Source: Podarcis cretensis (lineage: Eukaryota). From it: a stretch of 64,000 nt of DNA. The translations under genes and the position numbers were made by a program. Below, piece after piece: positions 13,379-26,640 of the stretch. Below the pieces are notes generated by a model. That model was not told where the DNA came from. It ran no database searches and was given only the letters and a program-made list of their open reading frames with translations. The stretch is from positions 59,830,001-59,894,000 of the forward strand of contig OX638149.1 in the NCBI GenBank assembly GCA_951804945.1. Reading direction: 5' to 3'. Each line of letters starts with the position of its first letter. Position 1 is the first letter of the stretch.

Positions 13379-13399
13379 CTTCAGTACGGAAGAAGAAGG
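13379..13399 (+). CDS. SHANK2: SHANK2 21-nt microexon (ASVRKKK)
   Basis: ttctattttcaag|CTTCAGTACGGAAGAAGAAGG|gtaagg; phase 1-1; matches mammalian VDK-ASVRKKK-DK. Confidence 0.93.
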
Positions 13400-14824
13400 G
13401 TAAGGGGAAGCATTTTATCTCTTTTAATTTGTTTTTTCTCCCCTACACCTTTTCATATTAAAGGAGGATACATAGTTGTAAATGGTCCAGTTTGTCAGTC
13501 ATAAAAATAACTTATTAATATGTTTTAGCTATTTAGATAATGAACTGAAATCACATAAAATAACCTAATTTCCTTCACATTTGAAATAGATGATCCCATT
13601 TCTTTCTTTTGTCTTGCCTCCTTCATCCCCACTCCCTCTCCCTTTATATGTTTAAGATCCCTTCCCAGTTGTTCCCCAGTCATTATTTCAAAGTTACTGT
13701 GCTAACTGGTGATCACTTAGGGCTATTTCATGCATGGCATGTCCCCAGGTAGGAAAAAAATATGTGCACACACGTCACGTTGTATGTCTGTTCTGCTGTG
13801 GTTACCTGTATTTGGAACCACCTGCTGCAGCTTCTGAACATGTGTAACCAAGGCAGAATAAACACTTGTGCCATTTTCATGCCCAACAGTGTATGTGGGT
13901 GTACACATATTTTTCTGCACTGAGTTTCCCTTCACGTAGGAAACTCATGAATGAAGCAGCCCTATGAAAAGCAGTGGCAAGTAACCGGAGTTTGGTGTAG
14001 TCCTGCATCACTTATTTCACTTGCCTGCTTAATAGCCAGTCGTTACTTACAAAACCACACTGCCTCTGTCTCAAAAATAGGCACCTCACACACACCTTGA
14101 GTCTTTACCTGGAGAACTGCTGCTCTGCATAATTTCAGGTTGAACTTAGCATCTTCCACACTGTCCCGTATGCATGGAATGCCCTCCCTGAACTGATCCA
14201 TAAGGTCACAACTCTCCTCTCCTTTATCTCCTTGAGACCCACCTCTGCTGCAATGCCTACTGAGCCTATTGCACAACTTGCAATGACAGATTGCTAAGTG
14301 AAAGGACAGATGGGGATTGTTGACATTTTGTAGTAATACTAATTATAAATAAATATATGTATATAAAGGTTGCATATATTTAGCTGCATCCCTTTTCTTC
14401 CTTACCCTTTGTATGTCACCTGCTTTCTTCAAGGCAGGGAACTTTGGTTGTTTTTTTGTTTTGTTTTTTTGTATATATGATTGCCTAGCACACTGCTAAT
14501 CCATAGAGGTAGAAGAAATTGAGGATAAGTCATGTGTAGATTACAGAGTTGTGTGAAGCATTAACTTTGATGCTGTGTTACAGTGGTGAAGCAAAGTGGC
14601 AGGAGTTAAATTTACTTAATTTTGTTTTTTGTTTTACACTTTTCCCAGCTCTCTCGTTTCTCTTCCTTTTGTTGATCATATTAACAAGAGCTCCAAGTAC
14701 ACCTACAGCACTGCCACTCAAACCCTTCTACAGAAACCCATATAGAATAAAACCTCTTAACTAGTTGTGAGCCCCAGTGACTTGGAACACTTTGTAGTGT
14801 AGATGGGTTCTCCAATAAGTATAA

Positions 14825-14828
<4 letters not shown>

Positions 14829-14858
<30 letters not shown>
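14829..14858. repeat. (TG)n microsatellite
   Basis: Visible dinucleotide run. Confidence 0.95.
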
Positions 14859-14865
<7 letters not shown>

Positions 14866-17800
14866 GCTTGCTTTTGTTTCACGGGGGGGGGGGGGTAAAT
14901 GCCCTGAATATGGCTTTTGAAACCGTGCACATCCAGGTCCACTTCACGTGTTAGAACATTTCGTGTATATATGCAGTCCATACTCTAAAACTGACATCCA
15001 CTTTGAACGATGTATACGTTGACACAAAAGTCATTACTTGTGCCAGAAAGTCAAGAATTTGTCTCTGCCACATATACACATACTTTAAAGCATATATGTT
15101 TCTTGTAAAGCAGACCTCACATGTGTAGAATTGCCTTTATGTAAAGTTGCATTGTACTTTGCATGGCATTCTATATAGGCAGGGGCTGTCCCAATATTAG
15201 GCATAGGTCCATATGGATATATTTGGTGTTTCCCGTGAAATTGAAGACAATAAGGGAGCCCCTTCTTACTCTTAATCAGAGCCCCTTATTTACAATGGAG
15301 CCACTGGATCAGGGCCGTGGTTTAGCTATACAGTTACGAGATAGAATTCCTTGTAAGATTAAAATCAAATATTATGTCTTCCGCTACTTTTAACTTTACT
15401 TCTGAATGTTGCATAGTGTTGCTAAAAAAACCCAACTTCTCAATCTGTAATACATCTTTTTAGCTTCCAGTTGTAGACTCACCTGCCAGTAAGTCCCATT
15501 TAACTCAATGGAGCTTACTTCTGAGTAAACTTTTACAGGATTGCACTGTTACATTGCTATTTTCCCTTTCATCATCCTTCTCAAACTCAGAACTAAGCCA
15601 TTCAACTTTAAAATACACATTATTTCAACTTGGAAACTGGTCTTATTTCTTTTGGTTTACAATATTTTGAAAAAATAATACAAATTTGACCCAGAAAAAT
15701 ACAAAGTTGAATGTATTAATAAATGAATTAATCTAAATTGTAGGAAATTTTTTGGAGTACCCACTTGCTTAGCAAGGTGGCTAGTCTAGACCATGAACTC
15801 CATGGGAAAAAAAATATTAAAATTAGCAAAACAAAAAACACAGAGATTTTTGCATAACTCAGACAAAACTTTTGCACACCTTTTGTATCTCATAGAGTTT
15901 TAGAACAATATATAATATAGCAATATATTTCCTCTGTATAATGTCTATGCATCCTTGCACCGATCCAGAGATCACATATACATGTATATGTATGTGTATG
16001 GTGTCTCCCAACCTTTTAAAGGATTTCTTCATTTTAGCGGATAGACCCAAACTAAGTGTGCCAATGATAGGACATATGGGGATAGGGCACCTCCATTGAA
16101 ATGAACAATGAATTCCATTAACATGTCTTGGTGAAAACAAGATTTATCAGGGCATGTGATAATGCAATGCCCAACAAATCCCCACTGAATCAAACAAAAA
16201 CATACCCAAACAACAAGCTATATGATTATTTCACCAGTACAAGCACAATATGACTAGAACTTTTAAATTAAAGAATTCCAGCCTATTAATTCATTTTTTC
16301 CAAAACTGAAACAGCAACAAAATAAACTAGCCTATCTATAGATTATTATTTTTTAAATAAATCATGAGGCAATGATGGTTTACATGACCAGATAGGTATG
16401 GAATTTGTAGGGGGAGCAGGTTTTGCATAGCTATTTTGGAACACTTTTCTAATTCATCAGTACCAAATTTTATCCTAGTGAATTTGGTGTATTAAGCAAT
16501 GTCAGGTTTCCTTTGATCTTATTTGAGATTTTAAGCCTAGCTAGTTGGTTTTTCCCCCTGAACAGTTTCTAAACTGGATATTGTTCAATTCTCCATCTAT
16601 AAGTGCTTCCAAAATGTTAATTTGTGACAAGAATAATCAGATATGTGTTTAGGGGATTTTTACTGCTGCCAAATAATAATTCTGAAACAGGAATATTTTT
16701 GCCTTCCTCTATTTTTGTTGATCTTTCTTTTGGGAGTATAGATTTTAATTCTAGAAGAATATTAGAATATCGCCTGCAGAAACATTAGGTTGGGTCATAG
16801 TGCAATTTAATACGAGATGCAACTCACCTAACAAAACAATGTTTAATAGTGGTATCTTCTAAAAGAAACGAATCAGTGGCATTGATAATAAAAGCAATAA
16901 TATTTATAGTACATGGTATAGTATCATTTTTTTCCAGAAAAAAAGTGTGAAATGATGGCATTTGAAACAATTAAGACATAAATTAAATCCAATACTTGAA
17001 TTCCAAATGTAATAGGGACCGAAAAGTGGCCTCATGTGAAAAGGCTACACACTGCGATTACAGGTATTTCAGCACTGTGGAATAGATCATAGGACTTTCA
17101 CAACCAAGAAATAGTGAAAGCAGACATGATACCAGCTCTAAAGTGTTCACACCTTCAAATATGATGATAATCTCGGAAAGATGTTTTGGACAGAATTATT
17201 TAAGTCATCAGAAAGAAACCTTACCGTCAAAGATATGGATATTCCTGACGTTACCAATCTAACATGGATCCTCTGAATGATATTTGTGTAAGTATTAATT
17301 GCTGACACCAAATGAAAATCTGAGTTAATATTACTATTTCATAGTATGCAGTTTTAAGTTTTGTGGAGATGTGTTGAATGCACACTTAATCATTTTTAAA
17401 TGGGGTGATCTTCTGTCTTCTCTTAGCAAATTTATTAAATAACTGTTCATTTATCCCAATGAGGTTAAGCCATATTTATTAGTATAGCAAGGAACCAGAC
17501 TTCACTTGTTTTCTAATATGTATCAGTAAGAACGTTATCTGTTAAAGAGGTACAAAGGAGTTAGTGAGGAAAGAAATTCAAGGGGTGAATTTTTAAGTTC
17601 TGTTCAGTACTTTCTGGGAGTTCTCAGAGATAATGAATCCAGGTGCTGAATATTTCTGAAACATTCAGCATGATTTCATAATCAGGTGGTGAAAATTAGT
17701 AGTGCTTCTGAAAATGTTTGCAGTCCTTAATACATGAGGGCTTTTAAAGCTTCCATGTTGCCATTGTTCTTGCTGTCTCTTATGAGCAGAATACTCATAC

Positions 17801-20468
17801 AATTATAACTGGTTTTGCATCCCCACATGTAAAGCACTTCATTGTCTTTCTTCACTAGAGAAAAGTAATTGAGGGTGACTTTGCCATCCCAGTGAGGAAA
17901 ACATTGCAAGAGAAAATAAAGTGATGGAATCGTAAGTATTCAAGAGAATCATATTACTACAGCCATTAGGTGTGAAATTTTTGAGCAAAACCCCTGGAAA
18001 TTGTTGGCTGCAAGATGAGTAAGACTTTATTATATATTTTTAGACTGTTTGTTATTTAAGATTTTCAGAATTTAAAGGTTGCACACAGAACGCATTTTCA
18101 AAGCTTTTAATCTTTTTGTCTTTCAGGTGCTGTAATGCTGCCACTGTGACTTAAACTTCAGTATGCCTTATTTAAGGTACCAGAGAGGTGGACAGCATAC
18201 TCTTCCTTTCTCTCATTCTTTCTTTCCTTTCTTCCTGATTTCCTTCCTTATTTTTTCAAGGCCTTTTCTTCCCATTCCACATTGTTTGTTTTTTCAGTTG
18301 TTAACAATGTCATGTTGACTCCTAATTAAAACTGTAAAATAAATTACTCTAGGCATCTTGTAGTTTGTTTTCATTTGCCTTGCTCAGTTCTACAAGCTGG
18401 CTCATGTGTTTGCAGAATTGCACCATAACTTACTATAATGTTTGGAAGATTGATTCCCCATCTCCAAATTCCATCTCTTCGAATGCTGGCTCAAATCTAG
18501 CACATTTTGTTTCCACTTATTTTCTCAATTCTGAAAACCTTCCATGTTTTCAGAATGAAATAACTTTTTTTTTGAAAAATAAATACTGTGTTTCTAAAAT
18601 AACTGTTGCTTCTGCAATGTAAAATATCTCTTGTGTTGTAAGATTACAAACATATGGAGTATCTATGCATACATTCACACATAATATTTTTTTTCATCTG
18701 CATCTGGGGATTTGAGTTGTCATTCCATGTGATGGAGTAAGGTATAATCTAGCATTAGATAACAATGTTATCATGAGGTTATCTTATCCCTAGCAGCTGG
18801 TTGTTTGGAATGACTAATTTAGAATGACTTTTCCTTTGGTTCTTCATTCGATAGAAACCACATTACAGAAAGGAAGGCTGAGATTGGGGGTCAGTATGTT
18901 CATAAAGCTTCCCAGTAGAATTAATTCAGCAGGAATATTAGTAAATATTCCCAAAAGGCAGATAGTCTAAAATTTGGCCAGCAAAGAATTAATGGATCCC
19001 TAGATACGATTCAAATGAATATCAAGTGATTCAACCTGTGTGGCTCTGTGTTCCCTAAGTCTTAAACGTTTTTACTAAAAACTATTCTTGAAGCACGACA
19101 TATGTATCTAATATGACCCAGTCATCTCTTATTAGTTTCTGCCCATTGATTATAGTATAATTTATTAATCTATAAATATTATCTTTCATGCATTAGAGTG
19201 AAATCTGATTACTGAAGCACACATCATATTTTCCAGATACCTTTTTAATTTGCACCTCTTCCAGATAAGAGGTATATAGGTGTTAAGATGTTAGGTGACA
19301 GGATTTGTAAATCTGTTGCTTTCGAATTAATATTTGGTATTAGTTTCATATACCATTTCCCCCACCCTGTACAATGATTCTATCCTGTACAATGTCTGAT
19401 TTGAGGTGTGCCAAGAAATGCAAGCATCTCCTCCCAGTTCTCTTAAACAGACTATACATTTTAGAAGCCCTCTTGCATAATCTGAAATAGTCAACCTCTT
19501 ACGTTGGGCTGTGCGGTTGCATACTTTACAATACACTGTCTTAATTTCATTTATCTTACAGTTTGGCTTGATTCAGACCTCACACCAAAGCATGCTTTGC
19601 ACTAATTGTAGCTTAGAACCCAAACCATGGTTTGAGCTTCCAAATGTAAAGACAAAGCATGAGTTAGAGCTGCTTGTTTGCTTTTGTTTGCTCTGCTACA
19701 TCATGTCAGTTCCTTCCCATGTGGGGCAAATATAGGTAACTGCCTAGGTCCAGTGCTCTCAGGGGCCCACACCTTTACACCGCACACATGACTACAGGTC
19801 CTGTACATGGACAAATAGCAGGCCAGTGGCTAGGCAGAAGCCATGCATTCAGTCACTCTTTTGTGGCTCCAGGAAATGCAGGCATGGGGTAGGGGCATGC
19901 CTGCATTAAGAGAAAACTATTTCCAATAAACAATGACAGAAAAGTTATTATTTTCCCTCTCCCATGCGGGGTAGGGGGAGTATTGTTATTTTTACCCTAC
20001 TTACTTTGCATCTCATCCCATGTTGAATTCCAAGAATGTGAGGCAACCACATTCACCTATTTAAACTGCATTTAAGGCTCGCAAATCCTGAATCCAACTA
20101 ATTCAATAATATTTACTTGCGTACAACCAAATATCGTTGTGAGTAATCCTACATAAATGGCATTATACTAAAGACCTTTACTTTTAATAGTGAAAGTTAT
20201 TACTAGTGCACTCTCTGCTCTTTTCTGTTTCTTGGAGTGGGGGTTGAATGGGATAGAATTTCTTACTAAAATCTAGTATGTTGAAACTGTTTTATAAGGC
20301 CACGTGTTATATTTATAATGTATGAATAATAAAGGTGTGAAAAGAGAATATCAATTCTACATTTTGCTGTTACTAAAGCTATCTTACAGAGTAAGTGGTT
20401 AAGGTGTATGTCCTAGAAATGCTTTGTATAGAGTTCTAGATTCAAACTCAGGCACCTGTCTAAAAGCT

Positions 20469-20683
20469 TTATTTGATTTATTTTTTACATTTGTATCCCA
20501 CCTTTCCTCCAAGGTAGAGTACATGATTCCTGCCCTTCCCTTCACAGCAGCCCCGTGACATAGGTTAGGTTGAGAAGCACTAACTGGCCCAAATATCACC
20601 CAGTGAGCTTCTTTCCTCTGTGGATATTTGAACCTGAGTCTTCCAGATTCTGCTCTGGTACTAACCACTACATCACACTAGCT
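20469..20683 (-). mobile_element. tRNA-derived SINE (MIR/Squam3-like), degenerate
   Basis: Minus strand reads tagtgtgatgtagtggttag (A box) ... ggttcaaat (B box) ... ctgggtgatatttgggccagt, with an AT-rich tail; related to 38627-38805. Confidence 0.65.
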
Positions 20684-22143
20684 TTTAGGTGTCTTCCAGA
20701 TGTTTTCTCAAGACATCCAATTGTGGTTTCTCTACCTCCTGGTTTAGTTGAATTTCACCTGTATAAAAATGTCATGGAAGTTAAACAATGTACTTTGTCC
20801 TGCATCGTGCACACCCTAGGAAAGACCTCCTATCATGCTAAACCATAATAGCAGAAACCATGGCTTGCAAGACCAGTTATATGATTTGCTGGATAATCAC
20901 AGGCTATGTGTTGTCAATTCAGGCATCACATCATGCTTTGATTTGTGTCTGAATTTGAGTCATTATGTCTGATTCCAGATTTAGATTATTTTATCTTGAT
21001 ACCATCAATTCATCTTTAGTAGCATTCTTTTCGTAAATTACAGAATTTCTATGTACAAAATATCAGACTCCCCTGAGATAACATTTTTATGTTATACATT
21101 TCACATATGGAGAGAATCTGTGTTTTGTGTCTTAAAATGTCATATAAAATAAGAATAATTCGATTGCATTCATTTTTGGCATCTGTAAAAAGCTTGCAAA
21201 TGTTAAATAAATTAGCCACAAACTGAATATGGTATCAGTGGTTATTTCTTGTGAGCAAATGTAATTAACTGTCTGACCCGTAACTATTTTAAGTTTGCTT
21301 TATTAAACTTTGTTAACAAATAAAATTTATGTAATAATAAAAGAGGAAAATTGTTATTTTTATAATCAAATAAGTTAATCTTACATACATTTCAAACAGC
21401 ACTAACATTTCCCCCCTTGCTTTTCCCATTCATGACTATCCTTTTCTGGAACCAATCTAAGCTTAAACACTTGAATTTGTGCTTTTTCAATCTTTGAATT
21501 AGTCAATGAAACCATACTGGTTGATATGCAAATATTCAAGGTTTACTGAGTTATAGATCAGGCTATATAATCCTTTTTCTTAATTTTAAAATTACATCTT
21601 AATCCTAGTCAGCTGTTTAAGAGATGCCATGTCTAATACACGTACACAATGCATTGAGAAACTATCTCAATTTACCTGTCAATGTAGACTTTAAATTAAA
21701 GTATATATAGACATGGAATAGATCTATGTTGGACAGCCCCCACAACAAGGTGGGGAGCGCTTCCAAGTGAAGTGAGTTTCCATTTGAAGCTGTCACTTTC
21801 ATATCTTGCTCTTAAGTACATTGGGTGACTATATTTGGCTGAAATTCAAAATTTCTGCCTTGTTTCCCTGTGTACACCAAGATTTCCGGTTTCCACATTT
21901 CACAGCAGCCTTCAGTGTCTCCCTGAGAAGCCTCTTAGGAAGATTAGATGATTGTCCAGTGGAGTATCTAGCATAGTGCAAAGGACCGCAGCTGAAAGCA
22001 AAACTCAGCAGTATCTCACGTGTTTACAGAAGCACTTCAATCACATCAGCACAGATGTATTTGGCTCCTGGCCATAATCACTCCAAAGTACCATTACTGT
22101 TGTTGGGGTTTTTTGGCTAATCTTGAAGCCATATTCTGATGAT

Positions 22144-22563
22144 CCCTCGTACCTATGGGACCGCTTCTCCTGGTATGTCCCATGGAGGAACTTATGATCT
22201 TCAAACAAAAACATCTTGGAGGTCCCAGGCCACAGAGAGGTTAGGCTGGCCTCAACCAGAGCCAGGGCTTTTTTGGCTGTGGCTCCGATCTGGTGGAACA
22301 CTCTTCCACAAGAGACTAGGGCCCTGAGGGACTTGACATTTTTCCGCAGGGCCTGCAAGACAGAGCTGTTCCACCAAGCCTTTGGCCAGGGCACAGCCTG
22401 ACTCCCTCCTTTGGCAATCTTCACAGAACTCTAGCCCAATGGTTGCCATCAATTTGATTTGAATTAATTTTATAACTAAATGATTTTAGAATGTTGTATT
22501 ATTTTATTGTTGTTAGCCGCCCTGAGCACGGCTTCAGCTAGGGAGGGCGGGATATAAATAAAA

Positions 22564-22596
<33 letters not shown>

Positions 22597-22597
22597 T
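22144..22597 (+). mobile_element. L2-type LINE 3' end (ORF2 C-terminus, 3'UTR and (TTA)n tail)
   Basis: Translation ...TRARAFLAVAPIWWNTLPQETR...FRRACKTELFHQAF is typical of the L2 ORF2 end; (TTA)n tail; same tail fragment at ~47490-47563. Confidence 0.8.
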
Positions 22598-23799
22598 ATT
22601 GAAATTATTAACATGAAAATGTTTCAGTTGAGTGAGAGATTTCTTAAGTTTCCTTTGCCTTAATGAGAATTAGCAACACCCACAAAATCAACAATATTAA
22701 ATTATCATAAATTTAAAATGTCCAAAGAATGTCAGGGATACACAGCAAAGTAGTTTTAAGTCCTATTGATTTTAGTGGGTGAATTGAGTACATGTTTAAA
22801 ATTGTGGTCCTGTGCACAGCTCAAGTAAACTTAGTGGGATTTGCTTCTAAGGAAGTATGCATATGTTTCCTAGTTGAAATCAGTTGGACTTGAAATTCTT
22901 AACTTTGGTTGAAACACGCCACATTATTCCTTTATCACACGCCATATGCCCTCTTCTTTCCCCCCTGCCATGCCTTTCTCCCTTTCCCTCCTAAAGCTGT
23001 TGAGAGACAACTTAATGGTACTTCTTCTGCAGTGTACATGCTCGTGTTTATTGCTTTGCATCTGCAATGTCTGCCAAAAAGAGTGCTTTCAAAAGCCATC
23101 AATAGCTAAATATGCACAGAATTTACAAATGACTTTTTAATGTACATTTATGCTCTAATATTTAGGCAGGTACCTTTTCTAAGTTTTAGCTTCTTTCAAA
23201 CACATATTAGATAACATGGAATAGTTTTCTTTTTAATTGCTCTGAATAAGGAGAAAGCACACTTGAATTGTATTTCGCTTGGGATTTTGCAATCTTACAC
23301 TGACATGAGACATGTGGTCTAGAACTTGAATGCAGATTCACACAACACCTTTCAGAATATGCATTTTTGCACTGCTGTATGGTAGAATTTATACGAAGCT
23401 TTTTCATTTTGTGAATGGCTCCCAGGCCATGGGATCGGCAACCCCTAAAGATTCAGGTTGTCAGTTGTGTGTCTTTTGGTGGGGAAACTGAACATCTGCT
23501 AGAACGCTTCACAAGTTCTACTTTTATATAGATCTCATAGCATGTGATGTATCGTCCTTTCATTAGTACATTGGGTGGGTATACTGGGATGAAGAACAAC
23601 ACACATGAAAAATAGTGGTTATGGTTCATTTCTGAAGTTAATAATGTGGCTGAAGCCACAGTATGAAGGTGCAATGGATGTTGCACCCAGTTTGATGTAA
23701 CCTATTGTGCATGGCACAGTTTCTATCTGTATCTGTCTTAGGTATTCAGAAACTTTCATCCTATCTAAAGCAGCTTGAACAGTAAGAAGAAGGGGCATG

Positions 23800-24109
23800 C
23801 TGCAAACATGGGCCTAAGTGCAGAGGAACAATTCACGGCTCCAAGAACTTTCTCAAGCGTGCTACTATGGCTGCTGCATTGCTAGCTGTATTTAATTGTA
23901 CCCAAAGAACTTTCCAGTTATCTGGCAACAAAGAAGATCATACCTACTCCTGCAATCCAGCTGTTCATATGGGGGGAAAGGAAAGAATATATAAGGAAAA
24001 GAAAGCAATCCAGTAGTGGAGATGAAAAATCTGGTGGGATCTCAAAAGGAAGGACTCTTTGAGAGCAGCACTTCCCAGGGGAGGGATCAGCTGCCAATAC
24101 AAGTGGCAG
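23800..24109 (+). pseudogene. Degenerate Myb/SANT-like exon of putative Harbinger fossil 1
   Basis: Frameshifted motifs APRTFSS..LL and VVEMK-WWDLKRK (from 24032), followed by a ggcag|gtaaga donor. Confidence 0.35.
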
Positions 24110-25058
24110 GTAAGACTCAACATGGCCATAAAGAGATAACTATTTTCAGTGAATCAATTTAAATATGTTTCTTGTAGCTGAAACCTCTGATTATTATAAG
24201 TACTGTAGCCTGTGCTCTTTCCATATACTTCCTAGAACTAAGTTGTCCTTGGTGTTTCTTCTGTAGCTTTTATATCATGAATAACTTGTAAATGGTATCC
24301 TACATTCACTGAGAAACTAGAAGCATGATAACCATGTTCAAGGAGCCAGCAGTACGCCAGCACCATGATCCTACCCAAGCATCTATGGAGCTGGTGTAGT
24401 CCTGACTTCTGGCAACATTTGACAAACATCCTGTCCAAGGCAGCTTATTCTTCAGGGCAGGGAGTAGGCAAACTACGAGTAGTGAACACAAAATTATGAG
24501 GTGTATCATGCACATGGAGGTGTCAGAACAATACACCCAGGTGTATGACACAGATGTACTAAATCACAGAAACGAAGGAGGCATCTGATCACATTGAGGA
24601 GAGGGACTGTGAGAAGTCTAACACTGCCTCTTTGCACACAACACTTTTAAAATTCAGCCAGTTGACAAATAAAATAATGTTATAGGGGAGATGCTGAAAA
24701 GAACCCAAACACACTGTCTGGGGTTTTTTGTTTTTAATTCAAAAACAACAACACTATGGAACGAAAATCCAAAAGAGCACCCGGTCCAAAAATTACCAGG
24801 CTCTTGGCACAGTCCTCTTGCTTTCCCTTTCTCCGTCTGTTTTCAAATACATCTTTATATTTGAGAACTCTGGTAGGCATGCCAGAACAAAATGCAACCA
24901 GGTAATATTGATTAAACCATTGTATAGGAAGCCACGCATCCACATACCCTATAACTCACTGTATGTCTAGAAAGAAAACGATTGAGTTAGCAGCGGTTTA
25001 AAAATACATTGTTCAGTTAGGTAGATGTAGTATGTAAGGGTGTTGGGGTCTGAAGCAG

Positions 25059-26061
25059 AGTGCAGACATGATGGTGCTGATTTCTTAACCATGGTTAAGA
25101 GAGTGGGAGTTGGTCATGCACAGATACCTTGGGTTGGATACAGGTTTGCGCAGAGCAGAATTGCACAAACTGGCAGGGTCGGCCCACCCATGAGGCAAGG
25201 TGAGGCATCTGACTCAGGCGGCAGGATCCACATGGACAGCAGATCCCAATGCAGATATTTATTCCTCCCCCCGTCCTGTTCCTGATGTAGATTTTCATTC
25301 ACCCCTCCTTCCCTGGTGGGGAGGGGACAGCCATGCAAACTGGATGTTCCCACAAGTGGAAGCTGGAACATGATTTTCAATATTTCCTTTCCTCCTGGAG
25401 CCTTCTGTGCTCTCCAAAATCTGCTCCAGAGGATTGGGGGGGATCCTCCAGAACAGCATGGATATGGGTATGGAGGGGGAGAGGGGAACTATCAAAAGTT
25501 ATCTTCCTCCTCTCACCTACGGGAGCCTCTGCAGGAATTGACTTGCTTTTGTGAATAGAAGGAGGCCTTCGATTTGTTGAACAGCAGGTCTGAATCTAAC
25601 CCTCTCTTTCCTCTGTCTCCTTTTGTCTCAGGCATTCTTTCTCCTCTCTTTCTCCTTTGAACTTTAATTATATTTATCATTACATCTGCTTTGGTTTATT
25701 TGTTCCTATTTTAAATTCATTTCAGAGTCTCACATTTTGTCTGCAATTGTATAACATGTTTTTATGTAGTGTCAGCTTATGTGCTGGTTTCCTATAGAAA
25801 GACAAATATTTTTGAGAATAATAAATAAATAATCTGCAGTGGTACTAAGCATGGTTAAAAGCTTGACTTCACTAAGCATTAATCAGGATTTGAAGCAAGG
25901 CTTCAATAAGCTGGCAAACCCTGGCAAAGCTGTTGAGCGTTAATCATGGTTAGTGTTAGCATTACGGTTAGCTCAGTAAATAACTCCTGCGTGATCTTAT
26001 GTGCAGCTTATTCCCAGTCTCTTAACCATGAGTAAAAGATCAACAGAGTTGCATCTGCACT
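25059..26061. mobile_element. Old non-autonomous DNA transposon with ~50-bp imperfect TIRs and nested GC-rich repeat fragments
   Basis: 25059-25108 (agtgcagac...catggttaagagagtggga) is an imperfect inverted repeat of 26012-26061. Confidence 0.5.
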
Positions 26062-26279
26062 GGGCATAAATAATTGCTTCATTTTCTTTTCATTATTATT
26101 ATTTCTACATCTCATTGAGTGTAACCACAAGCTAGTGATTTGTGCCCCAGTAATGAAACCAAATCTGTAGATGAAAAGTATTTAGAAGATAAATACATAA
26201 TATTGATTTTGTTTACATGTTGATCCTTGCAGTAAGGTTGTTGTATGCTCCTGGTGAAGAACTAGGCAACAATGCAAGA

Positions 26280-26640
26280 TCAAGGCACCTAATTCAAGAG
26301 AGAAGTTAACTTGATTTTAATATTTCTAGTCACATGGTGCAGAAGCGTAAGCCATTTGATCATTCAGTCCTGCTGCTGAGCAGCACAGTTTCTAGGCACA
26401 CCAGATTTCCATTGTCTCCATATTACCAAATGCACTTCTTCCACACCACCAACATAGCACTGGTGCCATCATCTTAACAACTTCCAAGTCCTGAATTTTA
26501 TCAGGCCAACTTGCAGACAGCAAGAAAATGACCTTTCAAGCAGAGCCTGATGCATATATCACAGTGATGTCAACCATTATCCCAAGTTGCCACGGTTGCT
26601 CTGCATTGAATGAAAATCAGCTTAAGGTTCTCTGTGCCCC
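26280..26640 (-). pseudogene. Degenerate PIF/Harbinger transposase remnant (fossil 1)
   Basis: Minus strand, across stops and frameshifts: FHSM...MVDI..ASGS...VE-AFG (26425-26433)...IK..LLHHVTR (26325-26345), colinear with HARBI1-type FHS/VDI.G.GS/VECAFG/LHN motifs. Confidence 0.4.
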
